Shown one piece after another: positions 25,324 to 36,222 of a stretch of DNA of 64,000 nt. A program made the position numbers and the translations under genes. Source of the stretch: a virus; the IMG/VR virus record IMGVR_UViG_3300049846_002561, positions 1 through 64,000 of that record. One strand, 5' to 3'. The notes under the pieces are model-generated. The model had not been told where the DNA came from and searched no databases. It saw nothing but the letters and a program-made list of their open reading frames with translations. How positions within the stretch are numbered: position 1 is the stretch's first letter; each line of letters begins with the position of its first letter.

Positions 25324-26583
25324 ATGGATACAGGAAAAAAAGAAGAAGCCCCGAAAAGCAACGTCATAGACATACTTGGGGGATTAGCTGACCCAAAAGT
25401 TCTAGGAGAAGTTGTGGCATTGGAGAAGAAAAAGACGGAAGAGGGGACCGGAAATAAAAATGAGGCGCCTAATCTGGAAAACGGAAACGGTGAATCTCAA
25501 GAAGAAGGAGAGCAGGAGGGTGAAAAAACGGTAAAGAAAAACAATGCTACCGATAAAAACGAAACCTCAACAGTAAATGAGACGGAGGAAGAGGAAGGTG
25601 GCGCAAACGAAGAGGAGCAAGAGGAAGAAGAGGGGCAAGAAGAAGAAATTGAAATACCGGATAATAAGTTTGGTTTCAAGAAGAAAAAGAAAGAGGTAAA
25701 GAAAGAAATCAAAATTGAAAAATTCGACGATATCCCTTCGGTGATAAAGTCGAAATATGGCCAGGACATTAAAGATCCAAAGGTGCTGGCCAAGTTCTTT
25801 GAAAAGTCAGTAGACAAGTGGAGAGCCGATTCCCAGAACCTTGAAAAGGTTTCTAAAGAGCTTAACGAAGTGAAAGCTCAAAAGGATAACGCCATCTCTT
25901 TGTTTGAGAACATGCCTTCAGACCTGTTGGAAGCCACAAAAGCGCACTACAGGGGTGAAGACTATAAAAAGTATCTCAACCAAGGATCGCTTGATTTTAC
26001 TAAAGAGAAACACAGTACAAAAGCTCTCGTAAATCACTATTTTAAAGGTGAATTTACGGACGATGATTTTGAAGCGGAAGAGAAGTCAAAAGCTCTCATT
26101 ATCGCTGAAAAAGAGTCGATTGCTAAATATGAGGCAGAGAAGAAGGACCGAGAACAACGTGCTAAACTACATGTGGAGCAGGCTGAGAAAAAAACAAAAG
26201 CCTACGCCGCGTCAGTAAAAAGTTCCGTTGAGGCTCTAAAAAAAGACTTCCCTGATATGGCTGCAGATGTTATAGAAGACATCAATAGCACCCTTTCAAG
26301 TGGTCAACTGTTGTCCAAATTCTTCAACTCCGACGGAACGCTCAAGCCAACTGCCGCTAAAATGCTTGCGCTTGCCGAACACGGAGAGTCCTTTATTGCG
26401 CAGCTGATGGAAGTAGCGGAAAGACAAGGTGAATCCCAAGCGAATGAACGCTTTGTTGACAGGGCAAGAAAAAAACCCGTAGCAAGCAAAAAGCACGGAG
26501 CCACCGAAAAAGTACGAAAAGAAGTTGCTGAAAAGATCGAAGAACTCATACCCTCTCAGATAGTAGGGAAGAGAACGTTTTAA
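25324..26583 (+). CDS. Putative scaffolding protein
   Basis: Highly acidic disordered N-terminus, E/K-rich helices, between portal and capsid. Confidence 0.65.
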   Translation: MDTGKKEEAPKSNVIDILGGLADPKVLGEVVALEKKKTEEGTGNKNEAPNLENGNGESQEEGEQEGEKTVKKNNATDKNETSTVNETEEEEGGANEEEQEEEEGQEEEIEIPDNKFGFKKKKKEVKKEIKIEKFDDIPSVIKSKYGQDIKDPKVLAKFFEKSVDKWRADSQNLEKVSKELNEVKAQKDNAISLFENMPSDLLEATKAHYRGEDYKKYLNQGSLDFTKEKHSTKALVNHYFKGEFTDDDFEAEEKSKALIIAEKESIAKYEAEKKDREQRAKLHVEQAEKKTKAYAASVKSSVEALKKDFPDMAADVIEDINSTLSSGQLLSKFFNSDGTLKPTAAKMLALAEHGESFIAQLMEVAERQGESQANERFVDRARKKPVASKKHGATEKVRKEVAEKIEELIPSQIVGKRTF

Positions 26584-26601
26584 TCTTAAACAAAAAGCAA
26601 T

Positions 26602-27876
26602 ATGTCACAAAAAGCATACACTCCCGGGATCGGAAACAGCATCTTCGGGATGTTGACAGCAAACCCTCAGTCGTCAAACTATGGCACTGAATCAGGTTAT
26701 TCTCCAACGGAGACCAACCTTATCGCAAAGGCGATTAAAAATGCAATCTTTGACTCTGCCCCTGAGCAGTTCAACGCTTTGCGCCTCATCTTCGAAAAGC
26801 CGATGGAAGAAAAGCTCGGTCGCGAATTTGAGTACCTCGAGAAAACATTCGGACGTAGCGCCCTGGAAGCTACTGCAGGTGTAGCGGCTCAGCCAGCAGT
26901 GGTTGGTGTCCCTCAGACGCAGGTGATTCCTATGACCGCGAACTCCGTGAGCCGTATCACCCCGGACCTCATCATTGTTTACCCAAATAACGCAAAGGCT
27001 GTGATCAAGTCGATCGCCGGTCTTAACGTTACCGTTGAGTCTCAAACAAGTGACGGCCTGCCTGCGGTTTCAAATGGAGACGTGTTCTCTATTATGTCTA
27101 CCATCCAGGCAGATGGAATGGACTACTTCTCGAACTACGAGAGGATGGAGACCATCACCCGCTACAACTACATTCAGGAGTTCCTGCGCGCTCGTCGTTG
27201 GACCAGAATGGAGCTTGCCCAATTCGAGAACCTCGGCACAACCGACTACCTCGTAAAGGACAAGGCGGAGACCATCCGTCAGCTTCGCGTTGACTTGTTC
27301 AATGCGTTCTTCAACGGACAGCGCGGTGAGTTCCAAATCAGCAACAACTACGTGACAACCGCCATGGGAGGAATCTTCCCTACAATGGTTGACGCTGGTT
27401 CTGCTAACGCGAACCCAACCCTCGCCGGATTGATCCCTGTGTTCAAGTCCCTTGCCTTCAATACCAACTTCAAGGCAGAAGGTGGAACCCGTTTCATCTA
27501 CGGAACTCAGGAGATCCTTCATGAGTTGAGCGGAGTGTTCAAAGAGCCAGGCTTGCGCTATGCTCCAAACGACACCATCGCGTCCATGGACCTCAAGAAG
27601 TACAATTTCGGTGGAATGAACTTCGTTCCGGTTCCTTGTGAGCTGTTCCGCGAAGTGTCTTGCTTCCCTGCCGATTGGGCTCGCAGGATCCTCGTTCTCG
27701 ATCAGGAAACGATCTCCCCTGTAAGGATGAAAGGTATTCCTTACATGAGCGTAGGTCAAACCCTTGATCGTGGAGCCAACGGTACTCGCGAGAACTTCAA
27801 GGACTTCTACATCGAAGCAAACCTGTCACTCCAATTCCACAACCCACTTGGGTCGTTCTGGATCGACATCCAATAA
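26602..27876 (+). CDS. Major capsid protein (HK97 fold, inferred)
   Basis: 424 aa after the scaffold; strongly biased codons; RYNYIQEF, FFNGQR and MGGI blocks; followed by a terminator. Confidence 0.75.
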   Translation: MSQKAYTPGIGNSIFGMLTANPQSSNYGTESGYSPTETNLIAKAIKNAIFDSAPEQFNALRLIFEKPMEEKLGREFEYLEKTFGRSALEATAGVAAQPAVVGVPQTQVIPMTANSVSRITPDLIIVYPNNAKAVIKSIAGLNVTVESQTSDGLPAVSNGDVFSIMSTIQADGMDYFSNYERMETITRYNYIQEFLRARRWTRMELAQFENLGTTDYLVKDKAETIRQLRVDLFNAFFNGQRGEFQISNNYVTTAMGGIFPTMVDAGSANANPTLAGLIPVFKSLAFNTNFKAEGGTRFIYGTQEILHELSGVFKEPGLRYAPNDTIASMDLKKYNFGGMNFVPVPCELFREVSCFPADWARRILVLDQETISPVRMKGIPYMSVGQTLDRGANGTRENFKDFYIEANLSLQFHNPLGSFWIDIQ

Positions 27877-27883
27877 TCCAATC

Positions 27884-27916
27884 GGGGAGCAGTGACGCAA
27901 TCATTGCTCCCCTTTT
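27884..27916 (+). terminator. Intrinsic terminator after the capsid gene
   Basis: GGGGAGCAGTGA-CGCAA-TCATTGCTCCCC-TTTT. Confidence 0.85.
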
Positions 27917-27939
27917 ATTAAAACAAAAAAACACGAAAC

Positions 27940-28701
27940 ATGTCATTAGAAAAAGGATCAGAAAAACAAAAAGAGAACACAGACCTCAACACCCAGGCTC
28001 TACTGGAAATCGTAAGAGATCTACAAAAAGAGATCAAAACTCTCAAAGAAGAAAGGTCAACAAACACAGCTGGAATAGACCCATCTCTGATGGCTGAAAT
28101 TTTTGCGAAAGCAAACGTTGCAGCCGAAAAGCAAAGAACCCTTGACTTTTCAAAAGGGATAAAGGAAGAGGAGATTCCTGCGGATGACTATCTAAAAGAG
28201 GGCGTAGTTTTTTGCGCTCCGTTTACCATGTACGCCATTGCAGACGACCGCAGAAAAGGCCACGTGGTTAGGCTTCCTTACAACAAGGAGTCTATATTTT
28301 TTAAGTACCAGGGAACAAGAAAGAACGTTTCTGGTAAGCAAACCTCCCTCGCATCATTTTCTACATACACCTCATACAGCAAGAAGGAAGCTGAGTGGTT
28401 AAGAAACCACACCATGTTTAATGTCATGTTTTACGAGTCAAGCAACCAAGCTATTAGCGTAGACGTTGTGAGGGCTCAGAAACTGGCAAGGATCATGACC
28501 TCCCTGGCAGCATTTGAGATGCCAAGCATCCTTAGCAGATGTAAGGAGAATGACGTTCCTATCGGAACCGATATCGGAGTAATGAAGGCTGCCCTTGCCC
28601 AGAAGATGCTCGAAAGAGAAATGGCATCAGAAAGGACAAGTATCCAAAACCGACTTGCCGAGATCGAAAAAGAAAAGGCCCTATTGATGGGTAATCAATA
28701 A
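27940..28701 (+). CDS. Hypothetical protein (head module)
   Basis: 253-aa ORF with an A-rich leader. Confidence 0.65.
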   Translation: MSLEKGSEKQKENTDLNTQALLEIVRDLQKEIKTLKEERSTNTAGIDPSLMAEIFAKANVAAEKQRTLDFSKGIKEEEIPADDYLKEGVVFCAPFTMYAIADDRRKGHVVRLPYNKESIFFKYQGTRKNVSGKQTSLASFSTYTSYSKKEAEWLRNHTMFNVMFYESSNQAISVDVVRAQKLARIMTSLAAFEMPSILSRCKENDVPIGTDIGVMKAALAQKMLEREMASERTSIQNRLAEIEKEKALLMGNQ

Positions 28702-28718
28702 AATTGCTATATTTGTGC

Positions 28719-29483
28719 ATGCCCATTTCGGTCTTAGCATTGCACAATCAAATTCTAGCAGAGCTTGACGCTGAAGGTTCTGATCGATATACGTTTGATC
28801 AGGATACCAAGTACGCTATTAATGCAGCTCAAGACATTGTTGTGGCGCTTTTCAACGAGGCGTTTGCTCAAAATAAGTTATCCCCGGAACAGTTAAGGGA
28901 TCTTACCAAAACAAAGGTATGGCAAGCGAATCAATACTCAAGGGTTGCATTTAAAGAGTCTGAGACAGGACATTCGTTGTGGTCGGTCATAGCGGTATAT
29001 CCGAAACCCCTGTGCAATAAGGGCGTCTCGTCTTCTCCTCAAGACGACAAATCAAAGTCGTTACTGAGGAGTGATATTTCGTTCATCAGTGCAGAGCACT
29101 CAGCAAAGAGGCTTTCTCTCGAAGAGTGGAGTGACAACAAAAAGAATGCCTTCATGCCGGGAAACACCGTTCTCTCCGGTGGACTTGCGGAATACGGGTA
29201 TCTTGATTTCTCGGACTACTCATCGTCTTCATATTCTGGAAACTCAGGTGAGCCGGAACTAGAAGTGCGACCAGCGATACCCGGACAACTAGTGGCAATA
29301 TCTTATTTAAAACACCCGAATAGGATATCAACAACAAGCGACTCTATAGAATTTCCATCTTCCATGTTTCAGCTTTTTGTTGACATGGCCCTTAATACTA
29401 TTGCCGTTAAGCAGGGCGATGGAACGAACTTGTGGTCTGTTACGTCAGTAAACATTCAAAAACTTGTTAACGCATTATTGTAA
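28719..29483 (+). CDS. Putative head-tail ring/adaptor protein 1
   Basis: AINAAQD...YLKHP..I...E pattern of podovirus ring proteins; ATG 28719 follows TATATTTG. Confidence 0.55.
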   Translation: MPISVLALHNQILAELDAEGSDRYTFDQDTKYAINAAQDIVVALFNEAFAQNKLSPEQLRDLTKTKVWQANQYSRVAFKESETGHSLWSVIAVYPKPLCNKGVSSSPQDDKSKSLLRSDISFISAEHSAKRLSLEEWSDNKKNAFMPGNTVLSGGLAEYGYLDFSDYSSSSYSGNSGEPELEVRPAIPGQLVAISYLKHPNRISTTSDSIEFPSSMFQLFVDMALNTIAVKQGDGTNLWSVTSVNIQKLVNALL

Positions 29484-30196
29484 TGGATTCACTAAGGGTA
29501 CATATTGACGAAACGCTGACCACGATCAAGCAGACATTTGATGACAGGACCGTTTCCCGCGCTCAGGTAGCCTATTGCTACATTGTCGCAGCGAATGACT
29601 TGCTATCAAAGCATATCCTTAAAAGGAGATCTGGAGCGTACCTCACGGTATTTGATGATGTCCCCGTAATATCAGCTGAAGCGAGTGAAGTTAAAAACGT
29701 TGTAAAGGACAGGAAATACATCGAGCTTCCGGCAACGATATTTGATTACGATAAGGATGGAGGCATAGAGCTCGTGGCATATACCTCTGACGGAGGTCCA
29801 GGCCAGCCGCCAAGATTTACTAGGGTTCCTTTTACAAGGACTTCCGTTAGCGAGGCTTCGTGGCTTTACCTGCACCCTCAAACGACACCATCCCCAAAAA
29901 CACCATACTATTATCGCGTCGGCAATCTAGTATATTTTTTAGGGGTAGAAAAGGTGCCTCTTAGCGCAGTAGAGATTGGGTTATATGTATCTGTTGATCC
30001 ATTGACGAAGATCGATATAGACGCTCCATTTGACTTCCCTCAAGAGCTCATGCAAACACTCAAGAGGTTAGTGATAGATCTCATCAGGTATAATTGGTTC
30101 TTCCCTAAAGAGAGCGGAAAGAACGAGGGAACAGACGACTCCGGAAAAGCAGCAGTGCCAAAAGTTATTTCAGTAAACGATAGAGAAACTCAATGA
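29483..30196 (+). CDS. Putative tail ring protein 2
   Basis: YIELP, YYYRVGNLVY, DP...D..FDFP pattern; position. Confidence 0.55.
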   Translation: MDSLRVHIDETLTTIKQTFDDRTVSRAQVAYCYIVAANDLLSKHILKRRSGAYLTVFDDVPVISAEASEVKNVVKDRKYIELPATIFDYDKDGGIELVAYTSDGGPGQPPRFTRVPFTRTSVSEASWLYLHPQTTPSPKTPYYYRVGNLVYFLGVEKVPLSAVEIGLYVSVDPLTKIDIDAPFDFPQELMQTLKRLVIDLIRYNWFFPKESGKNEGTDDSGKAAVPKVISVNDRETQ

Positions 30197-30993
30197 ACAC
30201 AGGTTCGTACATAAAGCCGGAGATCATCATATCCAAAGTTGCCATAATGGTTGGAGATACTGAATTTAATTCATTGCCGCGACCGTTCTACAATTCACTC
30301 GTTCAGCAGGCATTTGAAAAATTGGCCTTGGCAACATTCTTTGATGAAAAGAGGGCTGACATAGACCTCAACGGATCACTAGTTCATGACTTGCCGAAAG
30401 ATTGCTTCAATGTGATCAACGTATACATATACAGCGGAACGTCTTGCGATATTACGAAGAGTCATAAAGTGTGGTGGAAGAGAAATTATTACACCAGGGG
30501 CAATGGGTACATTGCAAATCACAAGGGTAACAACGCTGGAGATCCATTCTTTGATAACAGCAATTCATTTCATAGATACGGTCAAGCGTTAGAGGCTAGG
30601 GGCGTTGGAATAGCGCATCAAAACCTTTTGTACTATAATTTCCAGAACGGAAACATAATGCTTAGCTCGTCTTGCCTTTCATCTGGAAACAAACTTCACA
30701 TACACTACCATGGCACCGGATGCGCCGTAGACGAAGCTCCGATCATTCCCATCTTTTTAAGGGAGGCCATGGAGGATTACGTGATAACCCAGGCTTTACT
30801 TGCGCGTATCGCCAATGATAACGGGGATGTAAGAAAGTGGCAAGCCCTTTACCAAATACACGACGCCAAGCTAAGCCACCCTTTTACCGGATCGTGGGTA
30901 CGTGCAGAGGAAGCTGTTAAATCAATGAATAGCTCTCAACGAAGTGAACTCAAAGATTACCTAAGCAAGGCTGCTTGGGCAAATGATCTTTAA
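30193..30993 (+). CDS. Putative tail ring protein 3
   Basis: DLPKD, IHYHG...PIIP...EAMEDY pattern; position. Confidence 0.55.
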   Translation: MNTGSYIKPEIIISKVAIMVGDTEFNSLPRPFYNSLVQQAFEKLALATFFDEKRADIDLNGSLVHDLPKDCFNVINVYIYSGTSCDITKSHKVWWKRNYYTRGNGYIANHKGNNAGDPFFDNSNSFHRYGQALEARGVGIAHQNLLYYNFQNGNIMLSSSCLSSGNKLHIHYHGTGCAVDEAPIIPIFLREAMEDYVITQALLARIANDNGDVRKWQALYQIHDAKLSHPFTGSWVRAEEAVKSMNSSQRSELKDYLSKAAWANDL

Positions 30994-30995
30994 TT

Positions 30996-33900
30996 ATGGC
31001 TGAAACTCAACCTATACATATAAGCACCCTTAATGTGGGTATCGATCAGGACACTAATCCTGAATTGACGGGATCTCAGACTAACGGAAAATACCTTGAC
31101 GCAAACAACATGCGCCCGGTATCAACAATAGGGTCTTCTGAGTCGCAGCAGAAGTTTCAGGGAGAGGAGATTCTTTACCCAAACAACAAGGGAGTAACTG
31201 GATACAAGTGTATCGGAACGGCAAAACTGAACGACTATATTATAGAGATATTTGCTAAAAATGGCGATCCTGGCATCATTTGCGTGAACGGAACCATTGT
31301 CCTTCAGTCTTCCTTATTTGACGCTAGGGAGGATAAGCCGTTTCAGATAAGCGTTAATGAATCGGAGATAAATCAGGAGATACTGATCACCGATTATTAC
31401 CAGGTACCTTACATTTTCAATGTAAAGGACATGGTGGATTCGCTGATTTCTGATCCAAATAAATACTTTTCAGCATTTGATCCGCTATTGTATCAGATCA
31501 ATTTACAGTCACCGCTTGATCGTCTAGAGTTCATTGAACTAGTAAACGTTGGCGGGGGCGGAGGCCTCCCTGTAGGGCAGTACGAGTATCAGATGAGGTA
31601 TGGGAACGAGGAAGGTGACAGAACGGGATGGTCCGTAGGAACTCCATTAATTCCGGTAATGCAGAACTTGTCTAACGACAGCAGATGCTATCCTTGGACA
31701 AAAACATACGGAGGGCCTCCAAACCCATCAAGCGTAACGTCGCTTGCTCCAAGGTTAAAGTTTAGGGTTACCAACATCTACAATTACGAGTTCATTGAAA
31801 TAAGAAGGATAGAGTACAACAAAGGTGCTGGAATTGATTTTGTTCCACTTGGAAAGATTGTCGCAAGAATACCGATAGAGAAACAGGAAATTTCAGTAAA
31901 AGACTACATCGATCCTTCAGATGCTAATTTGAACATTGACATTTCTCGTGCCGAAGCGTCAATTCAGTTGGCTGAGGTAAACAGAGCCAAGTCTATACAG
32001 TACTTTGACAGAAGGGCTGTTCTTTTCAACGTGGAGCTTGCCTCAAAAGAGTCTAGCCTTGAATTTGAGGAGGTGAACGGAAGAAAGGGCTTCCCGGTAA
32101 TAGATAACCTTGGATGGGAAGGACACAAAGATCCATGGAACCACGTCAACAGACGGGCTTTAATGGGCGGAGAGAAGTACGGCTGGGGCGTAAATCTATT
32201 TGATGGCGTTGGCACTTCTGGATTTGTAACGAAAATCCCTACACTCGAAAACTATGAGTATCCTAATCGAAGGGATCCGGTTCCTGCTGAGACTGAAAAC
32301 TATTCCTATCAAGGAACTGTAAGGGCAGCCAATAGCAGTATAAACACCGTTTCTAGTACCCACGAAGTTTTTGACCTAGCTGACGCGGCTGAAAAAACAG
32401 ACATCTGCAGTTTTAAAAATATACTCAAGCCAGGAAAGACAGCCGGACTTACTGGAACCAGATCTACAACGAAGGTAAAAGAAGATTGTAATGAGGATAA
32501 TGGAGAGATAGAGAATCATGGGGCCAACGTTAGTGGTGGATCCCTTGTCTCTGCAGCATATCATCCGTTCCATCCAACAAAGCAGAATGACACTGACGTT
32601 ACCGGTCACGAGTACATGGTAAACACAAAAGTTTACACTCAAGCGAACGGCACTACTTGTTCTGTAATTGAAGACAACACTTTCAGTTATAGCCCGGCTG
32701 GGTTTGCTCCAAGATACTTTGCCCATGGCATGATGATCGCTGGAGTGTCAAACTTCCCTAAATGGGCAAAGGCCTTTTCTGTCGTAAGAACAAAAGCGGC
32801 GGGAAGAGTGGTTTGCCAAGGTCTTGGATTTTATTCATTGACAAAGGCCAAGTATAAGGTAGTTGGTAACCAGGAGCTTGCTGGGAAAGAGCAGGATAAA
32901 TTTTGGTTTTACTCTCCAGACATTGAGCACGGTATAGTTCCAAGCGACACCCTCAATGACATCATTGATAATCCACAAAACTACAGGCTTCAGTTTGTTT
33001 CTCCGCTTGGATTCTTTTCTGAGGTATATTCGTTTGAAGACAGCACCGTTGCCTGTAACAGGGACCGTATTGTTGATATGATATCCTATGTAAGGATGAT
33101 CAGAGAGGAAAATGGAAGACCCATAAATCCAGGGGAGGATGCGGCAATGGGCATAAGTGACGGAGGGCACAAATACGTTACATACGATAAGTACAGAAAC
33201 ACTAATCAAAACCCAAATGTGTTTGGCAGTGATCCTAATGTTGGGAATAAGCTTTTTACCATAGACTCTGTAAAAAGGAAGTCAGAGGGAAGGGGCAATT
33301 TCCTTGAGATAAAATCTCAGCAGGGAGTGTATGGGAAAGCGAGTGTGGGAGGCGTTTCCGGAAGACACTTTGCTGATCAGGGGTTAAAGGACTTCACCGA
33401 GCCGATGTATATCATCAACATTATCCGTGAAGGAGCGAATGTTGGAACGTCAGACGTGGAGGGCTATAAGCCAACAAATCACTATCAAAAGCTTGAATCG
33501 ATAATAGGTCGATCGAACGGAGTGCTCGGACAGGATTTTGAGCTTGTAGATGAGAGGTGGGAAGATTGTATTCCTGCTCCCGCCAGCACAATGTACGGGG
33601 CGTCCACTGAAAGATATATTTACATTAAGAAGTTGGACGGTACTGTAGAGAAGTATGTCAACGTAACGTACAAGACACCAGCTCAAATTGTTGCAATTAA
33701 AAATGCTATATCCATAAACGGATCGTATACCGGCGGAGTTACCGGTATATTTACGCACTATAACATAGGATCAAAGTACAGGCGCTTTGGCGTTTCATTC
33801 AATGATCCAGACTACATTCCCCCAGTAGATTCACTTATCCTCGTGAGGTATGATAATACTGCCCCTATAAGGGTTTATGGTGGAGATACCTATGTTGGAG

Positions 33901-35477
33901 AAACCATTTTCGCTCCAATAGACTCTCAGGCAAACGCAAAAAGCGACAAGGCAGAAACTCAGTTTCCATTTGGTATTGGATTCCCTTACTTCAAGTGGAA
34001 AACCAATCCTCGTTACTACACAATAAGAGACGCTTCCGCAAATGTAAACCTGGTGCAGGACGAGCTGCAGCTACAGCTCGGGTACATCAGGCAGATGTGC
34101 GCGATGTTTACCGTTGAGTCAAGGATCGCATGTCACCTCGCTCACAATCTTGAGTACCCTAACCAGTTCTTCCCGGCAATACACTATGTCATAAGGCCTA
34201 ATCGATGGGATAACGAAAGCGGATCTGTCAATTACTCTGCCAATAAGGTGTATGATGACTACGCAGACGACTACGGCGATGAGATGACTCAATGGAAGTG
34301 GGGGGGATTCAGGTTCCTGCAACAGATAAATCCAGATTACTCGTGTGAGTTGCCTATACGATACTTCTCTAAACCCGAGTCAGGATTTGTGGAGCAGACG
34401 GAGTTTAAAACAGGCATCATGTGGTCACTGCCAAGGGCCATAAACGTTCAAAACTCTCCTGGGCTAAGAACGTTCCCTGTAAACAACTTCTTCTCCATAG
34501 ACGATAATTGTGGGGAGATAAAGTACGGTTATAATGATACGACTAGCAAAGGTGAAAACCTTTACGCGATCACTAATTCAGGTATCTGTCTACTGATCAC
34601 AAAAAAATCGATTCTATCCGACTTTAACAGTGGAGAGGTGGGATACATGGCGGCGGATGGATTTATACTTGCTCAGTATTGGTTGAATAAGCAAGTGGGA
34701 ATGAATGACGAGATGTGGAGAAGCGCCGTGTCTGCATACGTCCCTTTCCCGGGTCAGGATGGAGCGGAGCAAAGCATGAAAGCGCTCTTTTTCGCCAACA
34801 ACAGATCTGTTTATCGTTTTGCTGGAAACGAAGTGGTTGATATCGGTAAAGATGGATACTACAGAAAAGTGTATCACAACGGATTAAAGAATATCGCCAC
34901 AGGCTTTACCTCTCACGTAACGGCTGCGTATAATCAGATATTTAATGAGTACATGCTTCGTATCCATAGCTCCGAAGACAATACGTGCCTGGTATTTAGT
35001 CAAAAGAAAGGAAAGTGGATCGGCACAACAGACTTTAAATTTGAGCGCTTTACCTCAAAGGGAAATCTACTATACGGGACAAGAGATCTTGAAACGTATG
35101 AGCTCAATAAGGGATATGTCATGAATGGTGAGCCGGTAAGGGGTCGTATACTTGGCGTTTCCTCTCCGGAGCAAGTGCACGAAAAGGAGTGGATATACAT
35201 AAGTGTAAATTCTATACAGAAACCAACTCAGATCGAGTTTTACAAGGTGCTGGGGGGCGCCCCGCAATGCGTTCTAAGTCAGTCAAATCAAGGGTCCCTG
35301 TACCTCAAAAAGTACAGCGGATGGAGGCAGTTCATCCCTAGGATCTTTGCTTCCGTTTCAGCGAATAGACCTAGACTTCAGGGAAGGATGGTTATATGGC
35401 ACGTTGAGCACTATGAAGAAACAGACTTTATTGTTGTTGATGTTTCTGTTCAGTATAAGATTCTCAAATTAAAATAA
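30996..35477 (+). CDS. Tail nozzle/muzzle (stabilisation) protein
   Basis: 1493-aa beta-rich protein; N-terminal GIDQD...YLDANNMR and C-terminal RLQGR typical of P22 gp10/crAss muzzle-like proteins. Confidence 0.7.
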   Translation: MAETQPIHISTLNVGIDQDTNPELTGSQTNGKYLDANNMRPVSTIGSSESQQKFQGEEILYPNNKGVTGYKCIGTAKLNDYIIEIFAKNGDPGIICVNGTIVLQSSLFDAREDKPFQISVNESEINQEILITDYYQVPYIFNVKDMVDSLISDPNKYFSAFDPLLYQINLQSPLDRLEFIELVNVGGGGGLPVGQYEYQMRYGNEEGDRTGWSVGTPLIPVMQNLSNDSRCYPWTKTYGGPPNPSSVTSLAPRLKFRVTNIYNYEFIEIRRIEYNKGAGIDFVPLGKIVARIPIEKQEISVKDYIDPSDANLNIDISRAEASIQLAEVNRAKSIQYFDRRAVLFNVELASKESSLEFEEVNGRKGFPVIDNLGWEGHKDPWNHVNRRALMGGEKYGWGVNLFDGVGTSGFVTKIPTLENYEYPNRRDPVPAETENYSYQGTVRAANSSINTVSSTHEVFDLADAAEKTDICSFKNILKPGKTAGLTGTRSTTKVKEDCNEDNGEIENHGANVSGGSLVSAAYHPFHPTKQNDTDVTGHEYMVNTKVYTQANGTTCSVIEDNTFSYSPAGFAPRYFAHGMMIAGVSNFPKWAKAFSVVRTKAAGRVVCQGLGFYSLTKAKYKVVGNQELAGKEQDKFWFYSPDIEHGIVPSDTLNDIIDNPQNYRLQFVSPLGFFSEVYSFEDSTVACNRDRIVDMISYVRMIREENGRPINPGEDAAMGISDGGHKYVTYDKYRNTNQNPNVFGSDPNVGNKLFTIDSVKRKSEGRGNFLEIKSQQGVYGKASVGGVSGRHFADQGLKDFTEPMYIINIIREGANVGTSDVEGYKPTNHYQKLESIIGRSNGVLGQDFELVDERWEDCIPAPASTMYGASTERYIYIKKLDGTVEKYVNVTYKTPAQIVAIKNAISINGSYTGGVTGIFTHYNIGSKYRRFGVSFNDPDYIPPVDSLILVRYDNTAPIRVYGGDTYVGETIFAPIDSQANAKSDKAETQFPFGIGFPYFKWKTNPRYYTIRDASANVNLVQDELQLQLGYIRQMCAMFTVESRIACHLAHNLEYPNQFFPAIHYVIRPNRWDNESGSVNYSANKVYDDYADDYGDEMTQWKWGGFRFLQQINPDYSCELPIRYFSKPESGFVEQTEFKTGIMWSLPRAINVQNSPGLRTFPVNNFFSIDDNCGEIKYGYNDTTSKGENLYAITNSGICLLITKKSILSDFNSGEVGYMAADGFILAQYWLNKQVGMNDEMWRSAVSAYVPFPGQDGAEQSMKALFFANNRSVYRFAGNEVVDIGKDGYYRKVYHNGLKNIATGFTSHVTAAYNQIFNEYMLRIHSSEDNTCLVFSQKKGKWIGTTDFKFERFTSKGNLLYGTRDLETYELNKGYVMNGEPVRGRILGVSSPEQVHEKEWIYISVNSIQKPTQIEFYKVLGGAPQCVLSQSNQGSLYLKKYSGWRQFIPRIFASVSANRPRLQGRMVIWHVEHYEETDFIVVDVSVQYKILKLK

Positions 35478-35495
35478 TTTTATTACTTTTACGTC

Positions 35496-36221
35496 ATGGA
35501 TCCAACACAAATAGCAACCACTGCGATAAGTCTTGGTTCAGGCCTTATTCAGAACATTAAGGCAAATAAATTGAAGAAGCAGGCGGACGCCGCGATGCCT
35601 GGAAACGTTGATCCCAGCCAAGCAGCATTTTTATCGGAGCTTAATCAAAAAAGAAAAGCTATGGATACCGGCGCTGAGTTTGCTGGGGCAATGCAGAACA
35701 TTGATGCCACAAACGCGGGTACAAGGCAGGGCATTCTTTCCGCTTCAGGTGGAAACACCGGATCTGCAATACAAGGCCTTCTTGCTGCCCAAGCAGGAGC
35801 AGATGCAGCTAAAGGAAACGTTATCGCCCAAGGTCAGTCAAAGCAGTTGATGCTTAATCAAATGTATAATGACCTAAACAATCAAATTTCTGCTAGATCT
35901 TTGCAGTTGGATTTGTTGAGGTCTCAACAAAAGAGAGCTGAGTGGGCACAAAAGAAGCAAGCCGCAAACCAAAACATGATGGCCGGAATGACCGGTATAG
36001 CAGCTATTGGAGCCGGTCTTGCCGGAAAGGCAATGCCAGGCGGTATTGGCGGTGGTGGCGATATGTCGGCAATAGCTCCACAGCCGACAATTCCTTCGGA
36101 TGCGGATATGAACATGGAGGCTCCTGGGGCCGGTGCTACCGGAGAGCCTGTAGCTGGAGCGTTAGAGGGCGGAATGCCAGACGCTTCTATTCTGGAAGGG
36201 TTAGGAGGTCTAGGCGGATAA
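35496..36221 (+). CDS. Putative ejection/pilot protein
   Basis: A/G/Q/M-rich with hydrophobic ends, directly after the nozzle gene. Confidence 0.6.
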   Translation: MDPTQIATTAISLGSGLIQNIKANKLKKQADAAMPGNVDPSQAAFLSELNQKRKAMDTGAEFAGAMQNIDATNAGTRQGILSASGGNTGSAIQGLLAAQAGADAAKGNVIAQGQSKQLMLNQMYNDLNNQISARSLQLDLLRSQQKRAEWAQKKQAANQNMMAGMTGIAAIGAGLAGKAMPGGIGGGGDMSAIAPQPTIPSDADMNMEAPGAGATGEPVAGALEGGMPDASILEGLGGLGG

Positions 36222-36222
36222 A